Of a DNA stretch of 64,000 bases, positions 53,201-64,000 are shown piece after piece. The number at the start of each line of letters is the position of its first letter. Within the stretch, counting starts at the first letter, position 1. The notes under the pieces are model-generated. The model searched no databases. It had not been told where the DNA came from and worked only from the letters and a program-made list of their open reading frames with translations. Both the position numbers and the translations under genes were made by a program. Origin of the DNA: Catajapyx aquilonaris (taxonomy: Eukaryota); the NCBI GenBank assembly GCA_000934665.2, contig JYFJ02001605.1, positions 1 through 64,000 of the forward strand. The letters run 5' to 3'.

Positions 53201-54578
53201 TTTATTCGTGCTGATAAATCAAAAAGTGGCTTACTGCACTGGGAGACTTGAGAGTCTAATTGCGGTTGTAATTATGGAGAGGAAGAGTTGTTGGCTGTTG
53301 CATTGCCCGCTTGTGATACTATGTCCTTTTTAGCTCTACCAGAAACATGGGGGAGGTTTGATGGGCTTGATCAAGTGCGCAGGTACACGTATTCATATAC
53401 CTGCATTAGAGTGTATAGGACGCGGCACTTGATCCGGGATAATCGTTGATGGAACGTGGGATAATTGTCAACCCCCCTGTGCAGTAGTTCTCTTAAACCG
53501 CTATACATTTAGTGATGGTTGGCTTCCAATGAGCCATTGAGTTGAATGGTCAATAAATTATCTCCCTTATTGTATCAAAAAATGAATGAGCGATCCGTGC
53601 AGAACCGGATTCTGTGAACCAACCCAAGTGGATTTGATCCAAACGGGGGACAAGAGAGGATTTCGCTTTAAACGCTGCAAGCCCATAATGGAGTAGGCTA
53701 TATCCGCCGGATTACGTCTGTTGCAGTAATCCTTTGGCTGGTAGAATATCCCATTTCCTTCTGGGCGTCCTTTCAAGATGAAATAGTTGTGTACAATGCT
53801 AAATGTACAGAATACTCAAACAGGAATTAAATATACAGGGTGTGTAAATGTGTAATGAACTGTACTGCAGGGAAATCGAAATGTCGCTAATATTTATACC
53901 ATCGCGTTCATTGACTAGCCATGGATTATAAGCCACCAATAACTTCGATATTGCCTCGAATATTTGAACATTATTTAGCTCCGCCAAACTAATAAGCAGT
54001 TGCGGCGATGGCAATGACATTGATAATGTTCATTACAGCAATTAGCGTCATTTAGCCCGCGTTTATTTTCCAATTAAACTGATGGCGGAAACGTAAGTGA
54101 AAGGCAAATTTCCGCGTCACAAGCATCACGGAACCCCGAGCCATGTCAATTCCAACCCAAAACATGAAATCCATGTTGGTGGACTTTACCACCCCCCCTC
54201 CCCCGGTCCTATTTTTCCCTACCCCCCCCCCCCAAAAAAAAAAAATCATCCCACACATCGATTGTCAAAAAAAGCAAGGCAGCAGAGGGCAGATGTGTCA
54301 GTAGCAATATTTGTGGAGAATTCCTAACTCAGAAGGTTCCAAAAAGGAAAGAGCAGGGGAGCGCAATATTCCATCCTGCATCCCCTTAGCCCCCCTCCAT
54401 AAGTAGGTGGGATAGGTACTGCAGGCAGGTAGGCGAAGTGTAATATAATTGGTCGGCGGCCGGATATAGCACAGAGGAAGGAAAAGGTAGCTGCTGCAGC
54501 ACCAGAAGCTGCAAACACCACTGTAACTCTTTGACCCTGCGCTCCTCCCTTTGGCCCCCTCTGCTTAATAATGGATAT

Positions 54579-54581
<3 letters not shown>

Positions 54582-54612
<31 letters not shown>
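54582..54612. repeat. (AG)n microsatellite
   Basis: Read directly from the sequence. Confidence 0.9.
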
Positions 54613-54614
<2 letters not shown>

Positions 54615-57291
54615 GCAGATCAATAAAACACAAGGGCGTACCTGCTAGCCTACCTGCTGCCTATACAGGCAGGCCACCTGTACTATTCGAGCAGGCAGCA
54701 CAGGCTATATACACTGCAGTTGCAGCACAGCCCCATCCCCAGCTCTAATTATATGGCACACATCTCCCCACCGCCTATTGTTTCGCCCCCAGGAAGCGTG
54801 TATGGGGCCTCGGATTAACTCCGGATCCAGTTTTAGGGGGGGGGGGGTGCTTGGTAGCTAGGAGGAGGAGGGTTGTTGTGTAGCTCTCTCCACCCCCTTT
54901 TGCTCATTATGGCTCAAATGAACGGAGGGGAGATTGATTGTCTTCAGCTAAGTGCCAACACGGCTGCTTAATGCCGCTTGGGGAAAAGAGCGGTACGATG
55001 CTGCATTGTAGTTACTAAAGGAAAACAAGCACTGATGTTTGGTTACCTGGGAAAATCAGATGGTTAGTAATCAATTATTTTCATGGAGGTAGGCTACTTG
55101 GTATTGTCCAAAACGGATAAGATTTCCTTATCGTGGTCCGGAGCCCTCATCCGCAGAACGCAGAAATCGGATTATCGGAATCCTATTGCGTGCTATGAAA
55201 GGCATATCCCAAAGTCCGTCTGGTTGGCCGCTGCTGCTGTGATGGAAATGCGGTTCTATACTCAGGGTCTTAACTCTGGTCCAGAGAGGAGCGCTGATCT
55301 CCAGAATTACGGGAGACCCACGTCTAATTGGTTACAAATCGCACTAATTTCCAGCACCGCGCCGGGCCATGGTGCCATTTGAAAATGTCCCCCGTCGCCT
55401 GACACGGCTCACATTATGTTCCGTCCGGTACAAATTGCCGCCCCTTGTTCCGGCCCGGAACAAGCCGGCCCCAAAAAACGCACAAACATATACAGCACCA
55501 GGCAAGCCTCAGGGGGCAAACATCCACCAAAAAAAATAGGGGAGAGAATTAAATAGTAAAGTGGATGTTGTGAGACGTGAAGCAGAACTGAACGGGCTAA
55601 TTGCTGTTACATAACGGGACGCAAGTTACACCACTATAAAAAAACACTGACCTTTATTTTCGGTGAAATTGGATATTTATGCGATAAACCAATCCGCTTT
55701 CTTTTGATTCTTTTCTCTCTTGGAAACAAGAAATCGAACCGGGCTTAAAGAGCTGGAACCGGCGCTGCTGGGGAGGGGCATGCAAAAGCGGCTCAAATCA
55801 AGCTTGGAAGCTGTTCGATTAGTCTGTGGGATCAATGAAGCAGGAAGGAGCCGTTTGTGTAAAATATAATTGGGGCACAATTCTGTGTGAAAGGCGAGTC
55901 GGGGTCATATAGTAATGAAGTGTCGTAAATAATATAGGGGTTCCGGGAAATCGGATTTAGTTGGATTATCATGATGTAATGAAGGTGACGTAAGACAAGT
56001 GGAAAGGGGGATGTTATTGCCACTTACCATTAACTGCCAAGGGACAAAGTGCGGCAATACAACTCTAATCTCGTGCCTTTCTCGCGTATGCACATACACT
56101 CACAAAAAAAAAGGTGGGGCAAAAAAAATTGTAACGGTATAGTGCTTGACCACCAAAAAATTTGCGTGGCTATTTTCGTCCCTGTTTTGCACCTTCATGG
56201 TCTTCATATCCGGATTAGGTACATGTGCATAGATGGAGATTCGCCTCACGAGCAATGAGATTTTCATCATTTTGTAAAGGCCATGTTCAAGTATTTTTGG
56301 CCGAGTTTTTGAATGAGCTAGAAAAATCTTGATTATGGAATTTGGCGTCGTATTAATGAATGCTGGTTTTAAAAAAAAACTAACACGGGCAATAATCTGG
56401 TTAAAAGTTGTTAGCACGTTCAGTATCAACTTTCCGTTTCGACGATTTTGTAATCACAGGCCATAGAGTTGTGCAATTTTCACGGATGACAACTTAATTT
56501 TGCAGTAGGCAGTGCGTTATTTAATGAAAGCAATATAAGCTCGCTTGCAGTATATGAAACCACTCTCACTTTTTAGTACCCGCGAATGATTTGCAAATAA
56601 GGTATACAATGAAAGGAAAATAGAATTACAAATATGCAAGCTGCATTTAGTCACTGGCACAGTTTTTTTAAAAAATGCGCTTGGACGTAAAACGGCAATA
56701 TTTTTTCACGTTGTAGGTGTGCCTTTTGGGTCGGGCTGTTTATGAATGCATTATCATTCCCACATGTGCATGCACCGCGTTTCATGTCATATGCCTTATT
56801 TTTCAAACTGCAAGGCTTGTTTCGACACCTCCGCCTGAATTAAAACAGAATAATCAGAATATGAAATGCGCTTCTTGTGCTGCCCAACACCACACATATA
56901 TGTTTCATGATGTTCACATATTATGTTCCCCGGAAAGCCCAAATTAATTTTTCTTCAGGTACAAAAAAAATATGAAAAGTACACTTTAAGCCAAAATACG
57001 GTCCAAAGTGTGAAACTTCAAGATTTGGCCATAAATGTCCCCATAACCCGTGCCTGTCTGCTTGATTCGCGACTGACGTAAGGTAGTAAGTGAGTGAAGG
57101 AAAGAATCTTGGTAGAGTTCCAAAGGCTGACTTTCGAGATCATGGTCCCGCTCCTTATTCCCACCCACCCACCTTTCTTCCCCACCGAAGGAAGGATTGG
57201 AATGGGGGAAACTGGGGCTTCTGGAGCTGTTGTTTGTTATGTCCCTGGAATTCTTTGGTTGGCTACTGGAAGCAGGTAGCCATCCAGCCAG

Positions 57292-57334
57292 TATAAAAGG
57301 TGGTCACTCGCCCTAACAGATCACAGTCCAGTTT
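57292..57334 (+). promoter_or_regulatory. TATA box and initiator-like sequence of the cuticle protein gene
   Basis: TATAAAA at 57292-57298; ATCACAGTCCAGTT ~30 nt downstream; ATG at 57390 in CAAACATG context. Confidence 0.75.
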
Positions 57335-57389
57335 CGGAGCTCAACTTCTCTTCTTATCACAGCTCGTTACCTAGTCCAACCCGCCAAAC

Positions 57390-58651
57390 ATGCAGGCCGC
57401 TAAGGTAGATTAACTTTCAATTAAGTGCTGTTTTTTTCAATAAGTGTTAGTGACTATACATATTTGGTTTCTAGCTGCTCATTGTCCTCCTTGGCCTCGT
57501 GGCCCTCTCTTCTGCCGTACCCGTGAAGGTCTACGATTACTACGTAAGTATCGACCCTCCCTTGTGACGTTACCTTCCCAAAAATTTTTATTCTGCTGCA
57601 TTCACTTAGAGTTGGGAGTTGGGGGGTCTAGAGAGGGGGGGCTACCTCCTCCCTGCTCTCTATAATAGATGGTCCTTTGCACCACATTCTGTGGGGGTCA
57701 CGACCGCTTTGCATGTCGGGACTTGGGGGTGGGGATTGAGGGGCTAAACCTTCCAGGATCTTGTAATTCCTCCCCCTTTGGGCCCCGTGAGAAGAGCCGC
57801 ACCTGACGCTTTTCTTGACGTGGGGATTTATTTTCACGAGCTACTAGGGGAGGTAGAGAGGATGGAAAATAAGCGGAGTTAGCCTCTGTGAAGCAACCAG
57901 CCTAAATCACATTGTTACATATAGAGGATGGCCAGCTATCTCACGAATATTTTGATCAGAGTCACCTGAGCGAAAGTGTCCAAAATTTCGGCCTAACTAA
58001 CCGAGGAAAGCACTTTCGCGGTTCCTTCCCAAAAGACTAGGAGGGACCACGGGAGTGCCGGAAGTTTTCGTAACAAAGTGGAAGAAAGAAACCGAAAGGG
58101 ACGTACTTGTTTCCTTTTTTTTTTCACGTAGCTAGGGATAAAAATGAGGCGGTTGCGGTCGGTGGCGGGAAGGAAGGAAACCGGAGGGAGGGAAGGGCGG
58201 GGAGGGAAGAAAGTCGTGAACTTGTCCCTGGAGAGAGTTGGTTTTGTGGGAGGTCGGGGTAGAAGGAGTGAAAGTGGGTGAGGAAGGAAGAGTCAACACA
58301 AGCGTTTTTTTGCAGTCGGTACCTCACTACTCGTACAAGTACGGAGTTGAGGATAAGCATACCGGAGATAAGAAGACAGCATGGGAGACCAGGGAAGGCA
58401 AGGTGACCAAGGGAGCTTACAGCCTGGTTGAGCCTGATGGCACCATCCGTGTTGTTGAGTACCATGATGATGGACACAGTGGATTCAACGCCGTCGTCAA
58501 GAAGATCGGACATGCCCACCATCCTTCTCACGGACATCACCATGAGTGAGTATTACCTGACCACAGCATTGTTGGACCAAATTGCTGAACCGTGTTCTTG
58601 TTTAGTGGCGGTGCCGGTGGTGGATTCGGTGGATTCGATGGTGGATTCTAA
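57390..58651 (+). CDS. RR-2 cuticular protein (Chitin_bind_4), 119 aa; join(57390..57404,57475..57543,58316..58545,58606..58651)
   Basis: Signal peptide [76 protein letters not shown] matches the extended Rebers-Riddiford RR-2 consensus; His-rich then GGF-rich tail; GT-AG introns in phases 0,0,2. Confidence 0.93.
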
Positions 58652-61600
58652 ACCAGCTAAGCTCGACATCTGGACCTCTGCTCATCACCTGATCACCTCT
58701 TCTCTTCTGTTGCGCCCTCCTGCTGTTCCTACACATCATCAACTAAGAAACAAAAATCTACAAAAAAATGTATAAAATTATATAAATATGAGCCAAAGTA
58801 TTAAGTATTAAAAATATTGAAAAAATAACTATTTTGTGTTATGCTATTCCGGCCATGTGTGACCTGCTTCCCCGTTTACAGCTGATTAACACATTAGAAA
58901 CTTTCGTGCACTTTCATTTTCTGATTCATCGACTATTATACGGTAGCAAATTAATTCCCCCCTCAAATTGCCTAGGCTGTTATGACCACGCTTTTTGTGC
59001 AATGTGGATGATTATTATTTTGCACCGGTACATTGATCGAGGAGGGAAATAATTTGAGAACGCACGAGCTACTGGACTCGGCAAAAATGACCTTTACGCG
59101 CCATTAATAACTAATAGGATGGTGCGAAATGGGAAAAGTGGCGACAGCTTCATTCCAGAGAGGAAATAGCACATTGTGTGTCGCCGCATAGACCCATTTA
59201 CATTATTCAAGTTTTCTGTGGCAGGGTTACCTCCTCCCCGTTCCAAATTTTATCCGCACTATTTTTTATTCCGAATCTACTCCCAATTTTTTAAATAGGA
59301 TAGTGCTTGGCTCACTGATACATAGATTAGAGCCAGGACTGGCTTAACCTCTTCCGCCCAAAGAATGAGATCATATCGACTAATCGAAATGAATGCAGGT
59401 GACGCCAAAATAAATGAAAAGAGTAGCAGAAAAAAGTGATCGAATATAAAAAAAACTTGGCTGTGGAACAATCCCTGGCGTCCGGAATGCAAATTGGAAA
59501 TTCCCACAAGATCCCGGAATTTTTCAAGCAACACGAGTTGGCAATAAAGCCCTTTTAAATAATGGCAAACGCGGAGAGATGATTTGCAAATGGCAAATTG
59601 AATACCAGAAATCCTTCGGGCATTATTACCTTTGGTGGGAAGTATGGTTGAAAAAAAAGTACTAGACTGCGGCACAGAAAAGCATATCATTCGTTGCAAC
59701 CCCTGTAGTGAATCCCATATTTTGTTGATGGCTAGAGTGTACGTATGCGCAACTGAATTAGCAGTTTGGCGTACCAGTTAAAATTTGCAGGGTTCATGCA
59801 GAGTTCAGTGCAGCACAATTACGCAAACATCCCTTTGACTTTTTATTGGCACAGAGAATATTTTACATAGCAGAGTGTTTCAAGCCAATGAAGGATACAT
59901 CAGCACTGATGTCACTCGCAGTAATTACTGCCGTGTTATTTTTTTAAAGACCACTGTTGCGATTCACAATTGCTTCAAAAGTAAACAGCAAGCTATCAGA
60001 GATTTTGCAATGCAATATAAATTAGCTCCAGATTGTGGCTGGTATGAGCCTTGCTCATTGATCACCTGTGCTAGCGCAATTTCTGCCATGTTCAGGTATT
60101 TTCATATAAAAAATTTAATCGCAAAATCTCTTGCTTCTTGAGCCAGCGCAACAAGATGGTTTAAGAGCGGAGCTTCCAGGGAGTTGAAGAGATGAAACAT
60201 TCAGTGGCCGCCATAACAAGCAACCTAATTTCTGCTCCCCGTATTGAATAATAGTGAAAGGTATGAAGCGGGCGGCAAAGTGAGCAAAGTTTTCGACTAA
60301 TATTTCAAACCAGAGTTACCTCAAGAAAAGCCATCCTCTTCCATATGCATGCAAAGCCTGGAATTTCCAACCCAAATCAATTAACCAAAAATGACGCTAA
60401 TTTCCAAACAAAACATATTGACGCTGAAATTTGCAGCTACCATGGTGCAAAGCTCGAGGGTGGAAAAATGGTCCAGGAATGAAATATAAATGAGCCATAG
60501 GAAGTATGTACGTAATTTTTTATTTCCTTCCCTTTTGCTGTCCCAATGTCCAAATGAATTCCCACTGGTCTGATGGTAGACGGTCAAAGGAGCAATTATT
60601 CAGGAGAATGTTTGCTGCTGAAATTTGTATCCGTTTGGGTGGCGGCCTGGACCAGAAAGTGTTCAATTATCCAGATGCGTATGTCCCGCTGTCCCGCCAA
60701 CATTTTCCTTCCCTTTTTTTGTCCAGAGTTCAATTTTAATCGGGACTGGGTGGTGGTACTGGTGGAAAGAGGCAGGCGATGGTGTGTGGTAGGGTGAGGG
60801 TATAGAGTGGTGGTTGGGAAATTGAAACTTTGATACGGGGAGCCTACATGAAGGCCCACGCGCCAATAAATATAATGTGGTATGAAGCTTTCACATTTTA
60901 TAGCCCCTGGTATTAGCGTAGATCGGCCATTATTTGCCGCGTAAATTAGCCTTTGTAAAAACGCACTCTCGCTCCTACTGGTGCTTGGAAGCCCCCTGGC
61001 TTAATATGCGGGTCACTTCTCTTATTTTCTTGGCCCGGGTTCATTTCCGACCCCGACTGCTCCTCAGTTCTTGCTCCTGCGGACAACGGTGTTTGCCATG
61101 GAAGTCAGGGCTAGCCTTGCCCAGTTTGAACAGTTAGTGACTTTAGTTATTCCGAGCAGCACTGGAGAGATGTGATTGGACATCGTGTCACAGTGCTGGG
61201 TCCGACCCGGAATCGAATAGATCAAGAAGTGTGGCTCTTTCGAAGGCACAGTTTGCTCGTGAAGGTGTTGAAGCTCACAGAAAATATCATTTAGTGATCT
61301 GTTGAATATGATTACAATTTTTAAAATGCTAAAATGGTGCTAAAATCCAATTTAAAACAAAAGTGGGATTCGTCACATTCAAATAAACAGCTTAAATATT
61401 CACGAAGAAGAAATTTTAGAATTCATCATTTTCGCCCCCAAAAATATTTTAGCTCTGTATTTAATATACAGCAATAACATGGGACACCAGATTTGTCAAC
61501 AAAATTGTGGATGGGAATGTGTGACTTACTCCACTAACGTATACTGTAGGTGTATACATTATTTGCAACATCAGCTCCTGTCAGCTTGACATTATCAATA

Positions 61601-64000
61601 ATGCTGTTTCGAACGAAACGCCTATAGTTGCGTGATTTAGTTATCAAATAATTATGCGAAAGAGGTCACTCAAAAGAGTCAGCGGTGCATATATAGAGTT
61701 ACAACTGCACCGGTTGTGTCGGACGGCAAGTTGGAACAGACACAGGTGACTTGCAGGCATTGAAAATGAATGGTAACTGTCCCAGAGAATTACTGATCTA
61801 ACAGACTCGTAACTTTGGGATCTGTCGTGATTGACTCGACATAACAATTGTTTTATTGGCCTTCTAAATTAACAGCTGCCATTTTAGATCCGGAAATGGA
61901 ATACTGATCACATGATTGATCAATTCAGGGTTTGGTTAGCACCTAACTGACCATATTTAATCGGCCACAAAGGGTGTTAAACCGTAGTTCAAACTGTCAA
62001 AAATTATGCGGCAGCTGCAGGGGCAACTGAGGCTGCCTGAAAAATTCTGCGGCTGCTAGTGTTCACACCAAAATGGTTTCATTTGACATTATTAATTATT
62101 AGAAGTAATGATTAACTGTGACGTTTTAACTATAGTCAGACTTCTCCAGGTATGTTTTTTTTATTTTTTTTAAAAAATCCCCTGTCCATTCCCCCAACTT
62201 TGACTCGTGTGTCAAATCCGGCAGGATGCTTTCCAGGCTGAGAGGGTCCAAAACAAGCTGCATAAGCCTGTGGTGACATGACGTGGGCAGGTTATGCGGC
62301 GCAGTTTCAGGCTATACGTAATGGACGTTGGCGGAAAGCCTGGTAGGCCATTAGCGGATAAGCAGCACGGTTCTGGAGAGGAAAAGTGTGGCCGCTGGGG
62401 AGAGGTCATCGGAATGGTGCAGCTCGACTAATACATCAGATGGCGAACAAAAGGAGGCAGGGAATCCCCCGGATGCTGCCTCCGCCGTTTATTACTGGGC
62501 CCTACCTCGGATGCGGCCATCTCTCACGTTTTATTTGGGGGCTCCCCTTTTATTCCCAACCCGGAGGTCCACGACTGACCTGCCTCCCAGCCATGTCTCT
62601 TGGTATGCGCTGATGGCCTCTCTTGAAAATTCCCTGCACCACCTGTATATTTATATGGCTAGTGCTGCAGCTTAGGAGCATCCTTTAGGCTTGCAGCTGC
62701 AGTACCCCCCTATGGTTGACACACGGACAGTCACACGATCCTTTGATCAGTGCACGGCGGTGCACAGTCAACAACAGCCCAGTTTCATCAGCAAATATTT
62801 GCACGGCCCCCTGTGGAAAGAGAGAGCCGATGCTGCCCAACACCTAGTCTCTTCTGACAGTTCCTGATGTGCTGTTGCTGCAGGAGGGACATTGGGGGAC
62901 TCTATGGAGAGAGAGGGGGGGGGGTTACACGTGTGTGCGCATTAACTTGTCCCCAGCGACACATAGCCAAGGCTTTTGTGGGTACGCAACCAGCATGACC
63001 GATACCATAAAATTGCCCAGATAAACATACGCCAGGCATTAAATGGGCAGTAAACTGAATATCACTGATTTGGACATCTTTATGAGGGATGAGTGTCGGT
63101 GGTTGGTTGGTGGTTGGGGAGGTAACAGAACCAGGGGGGAGGGATATATGTAATAGAGTAGGGACATTCTTCTCTTTTCGTTGTGTCTATTTTAGCGCTT
63201 GGAATTGGCGGCAGTTGGCCGTTCATTGATTAGCTTCATAGTCATATCGATTGGCTTTTTAATGTGATTAAATTACGTAAATGTATTCGCTGTGTTGTGT
63301 AAATTGGAGAGAAGAGAGGGTGGGGAAGGGGCGGGGAGAGAGTTTTAACACTATTGTCCGCTGCACTCGAAATAATGACATCGCCCGGAATAAAATGTTC
63401 ATCACAACTCAGTGACGGACTGAGAATTTTTCCACTCTGACGCGTTTTCACAGAATGGGGTCTTCTCATCTCAGGCAGTGTTTGAACTGGGTTTTGTCCA
63501 TGCAGGTAGATGCAGTAAACATCCGAATGTTACAGGGCTGCATATTTTTTTCATGCCCTCCTCGCTCCACCCCCTTGGGCCTTTCAAATTTCCCGCCCGT
63601 CGGCAACTGCATACAATGTCTATTGGTAAATCCGTCACTGTCACAACTGATGCAATAGCCTGCAAGTTATAATTTCGCTTCCTGCTCTTGCCTGATGCTC
63701 ATGCACCAGGCAACCAGAAGAGATTGGGACATTCTATTCCTACCTCCCACTCAGAATTCACAGTACAAACTGTCAGACGTGAAACCAATCTCGGCATAAT
63801 TTCGTGTGACGTCACATGAGACAAGCTGCAACTGCTCGCGACAAATTTGATGCACTAGTTCGGAAAAGTTTGAGGGGGAAAGGATCATGAAAATATAATG
63901 TCAGAAGATTTGTTGCAAGTGTTGGTCACGCACATTTTTGTGTCAGAAGACAAATCAGCACACTTGTGACCAGGGCAAAGGAAATTCGGTGAGGTCTACA

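Noticed and set aside
58124..58543. Minus-strand 139-aa ORF
   Set aside because: Antisense shadow of the cuticle protein exon.
60280..60300. GTGAGCAAAGTTT resembling miR-87
   Set aside because: The 3' half diverges and no complementary arm was seen.
1..64000. Prokaryotic systems (CRISPR arrays, operons) and rRNA/tRNA genes
   Set aside because: The sequence is intron-containing animal DNA; no spaced direct-repeat array or structured RNA gene was recognised.

Overview
Eukaryotic genomic DNA, most likely a non-model arthropod (GT-AG introns, an RR-type chitin-binding cuticle protein gene). From left to right: (1) the 5' part of an antisense LINE-type ORF1 (2-391); (2) the last seven coding exons of a HELZ-like zinc-finger SF1 RNA helicase (+, 1505-10893), whose introns are packed with MITEs of several DNA-transposon superfamilies, followed by a probable ~3.9 kb 3'UTR; (3) a four-exon gene not evident from the ORF track (+, 15607-19432, 221 aa) that I read as a CYBC1/EROS-family NADPH-oxidase chaperone, with nested Tc1/mariner elements in intron 3; (4) a possible first exon (MAESRLQ, 20530-20551) of an unidentified gene, followed by ~37 kb with no recognisable genes and almost no recognisable TIR elements; (5) a complete four-exon RR-2 cuticular protein gene with TATA box (+, 57390-58651). 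Gene models come from manual splice-site and phase reconstruction; homology calls come from remembered motifs, not database searches.
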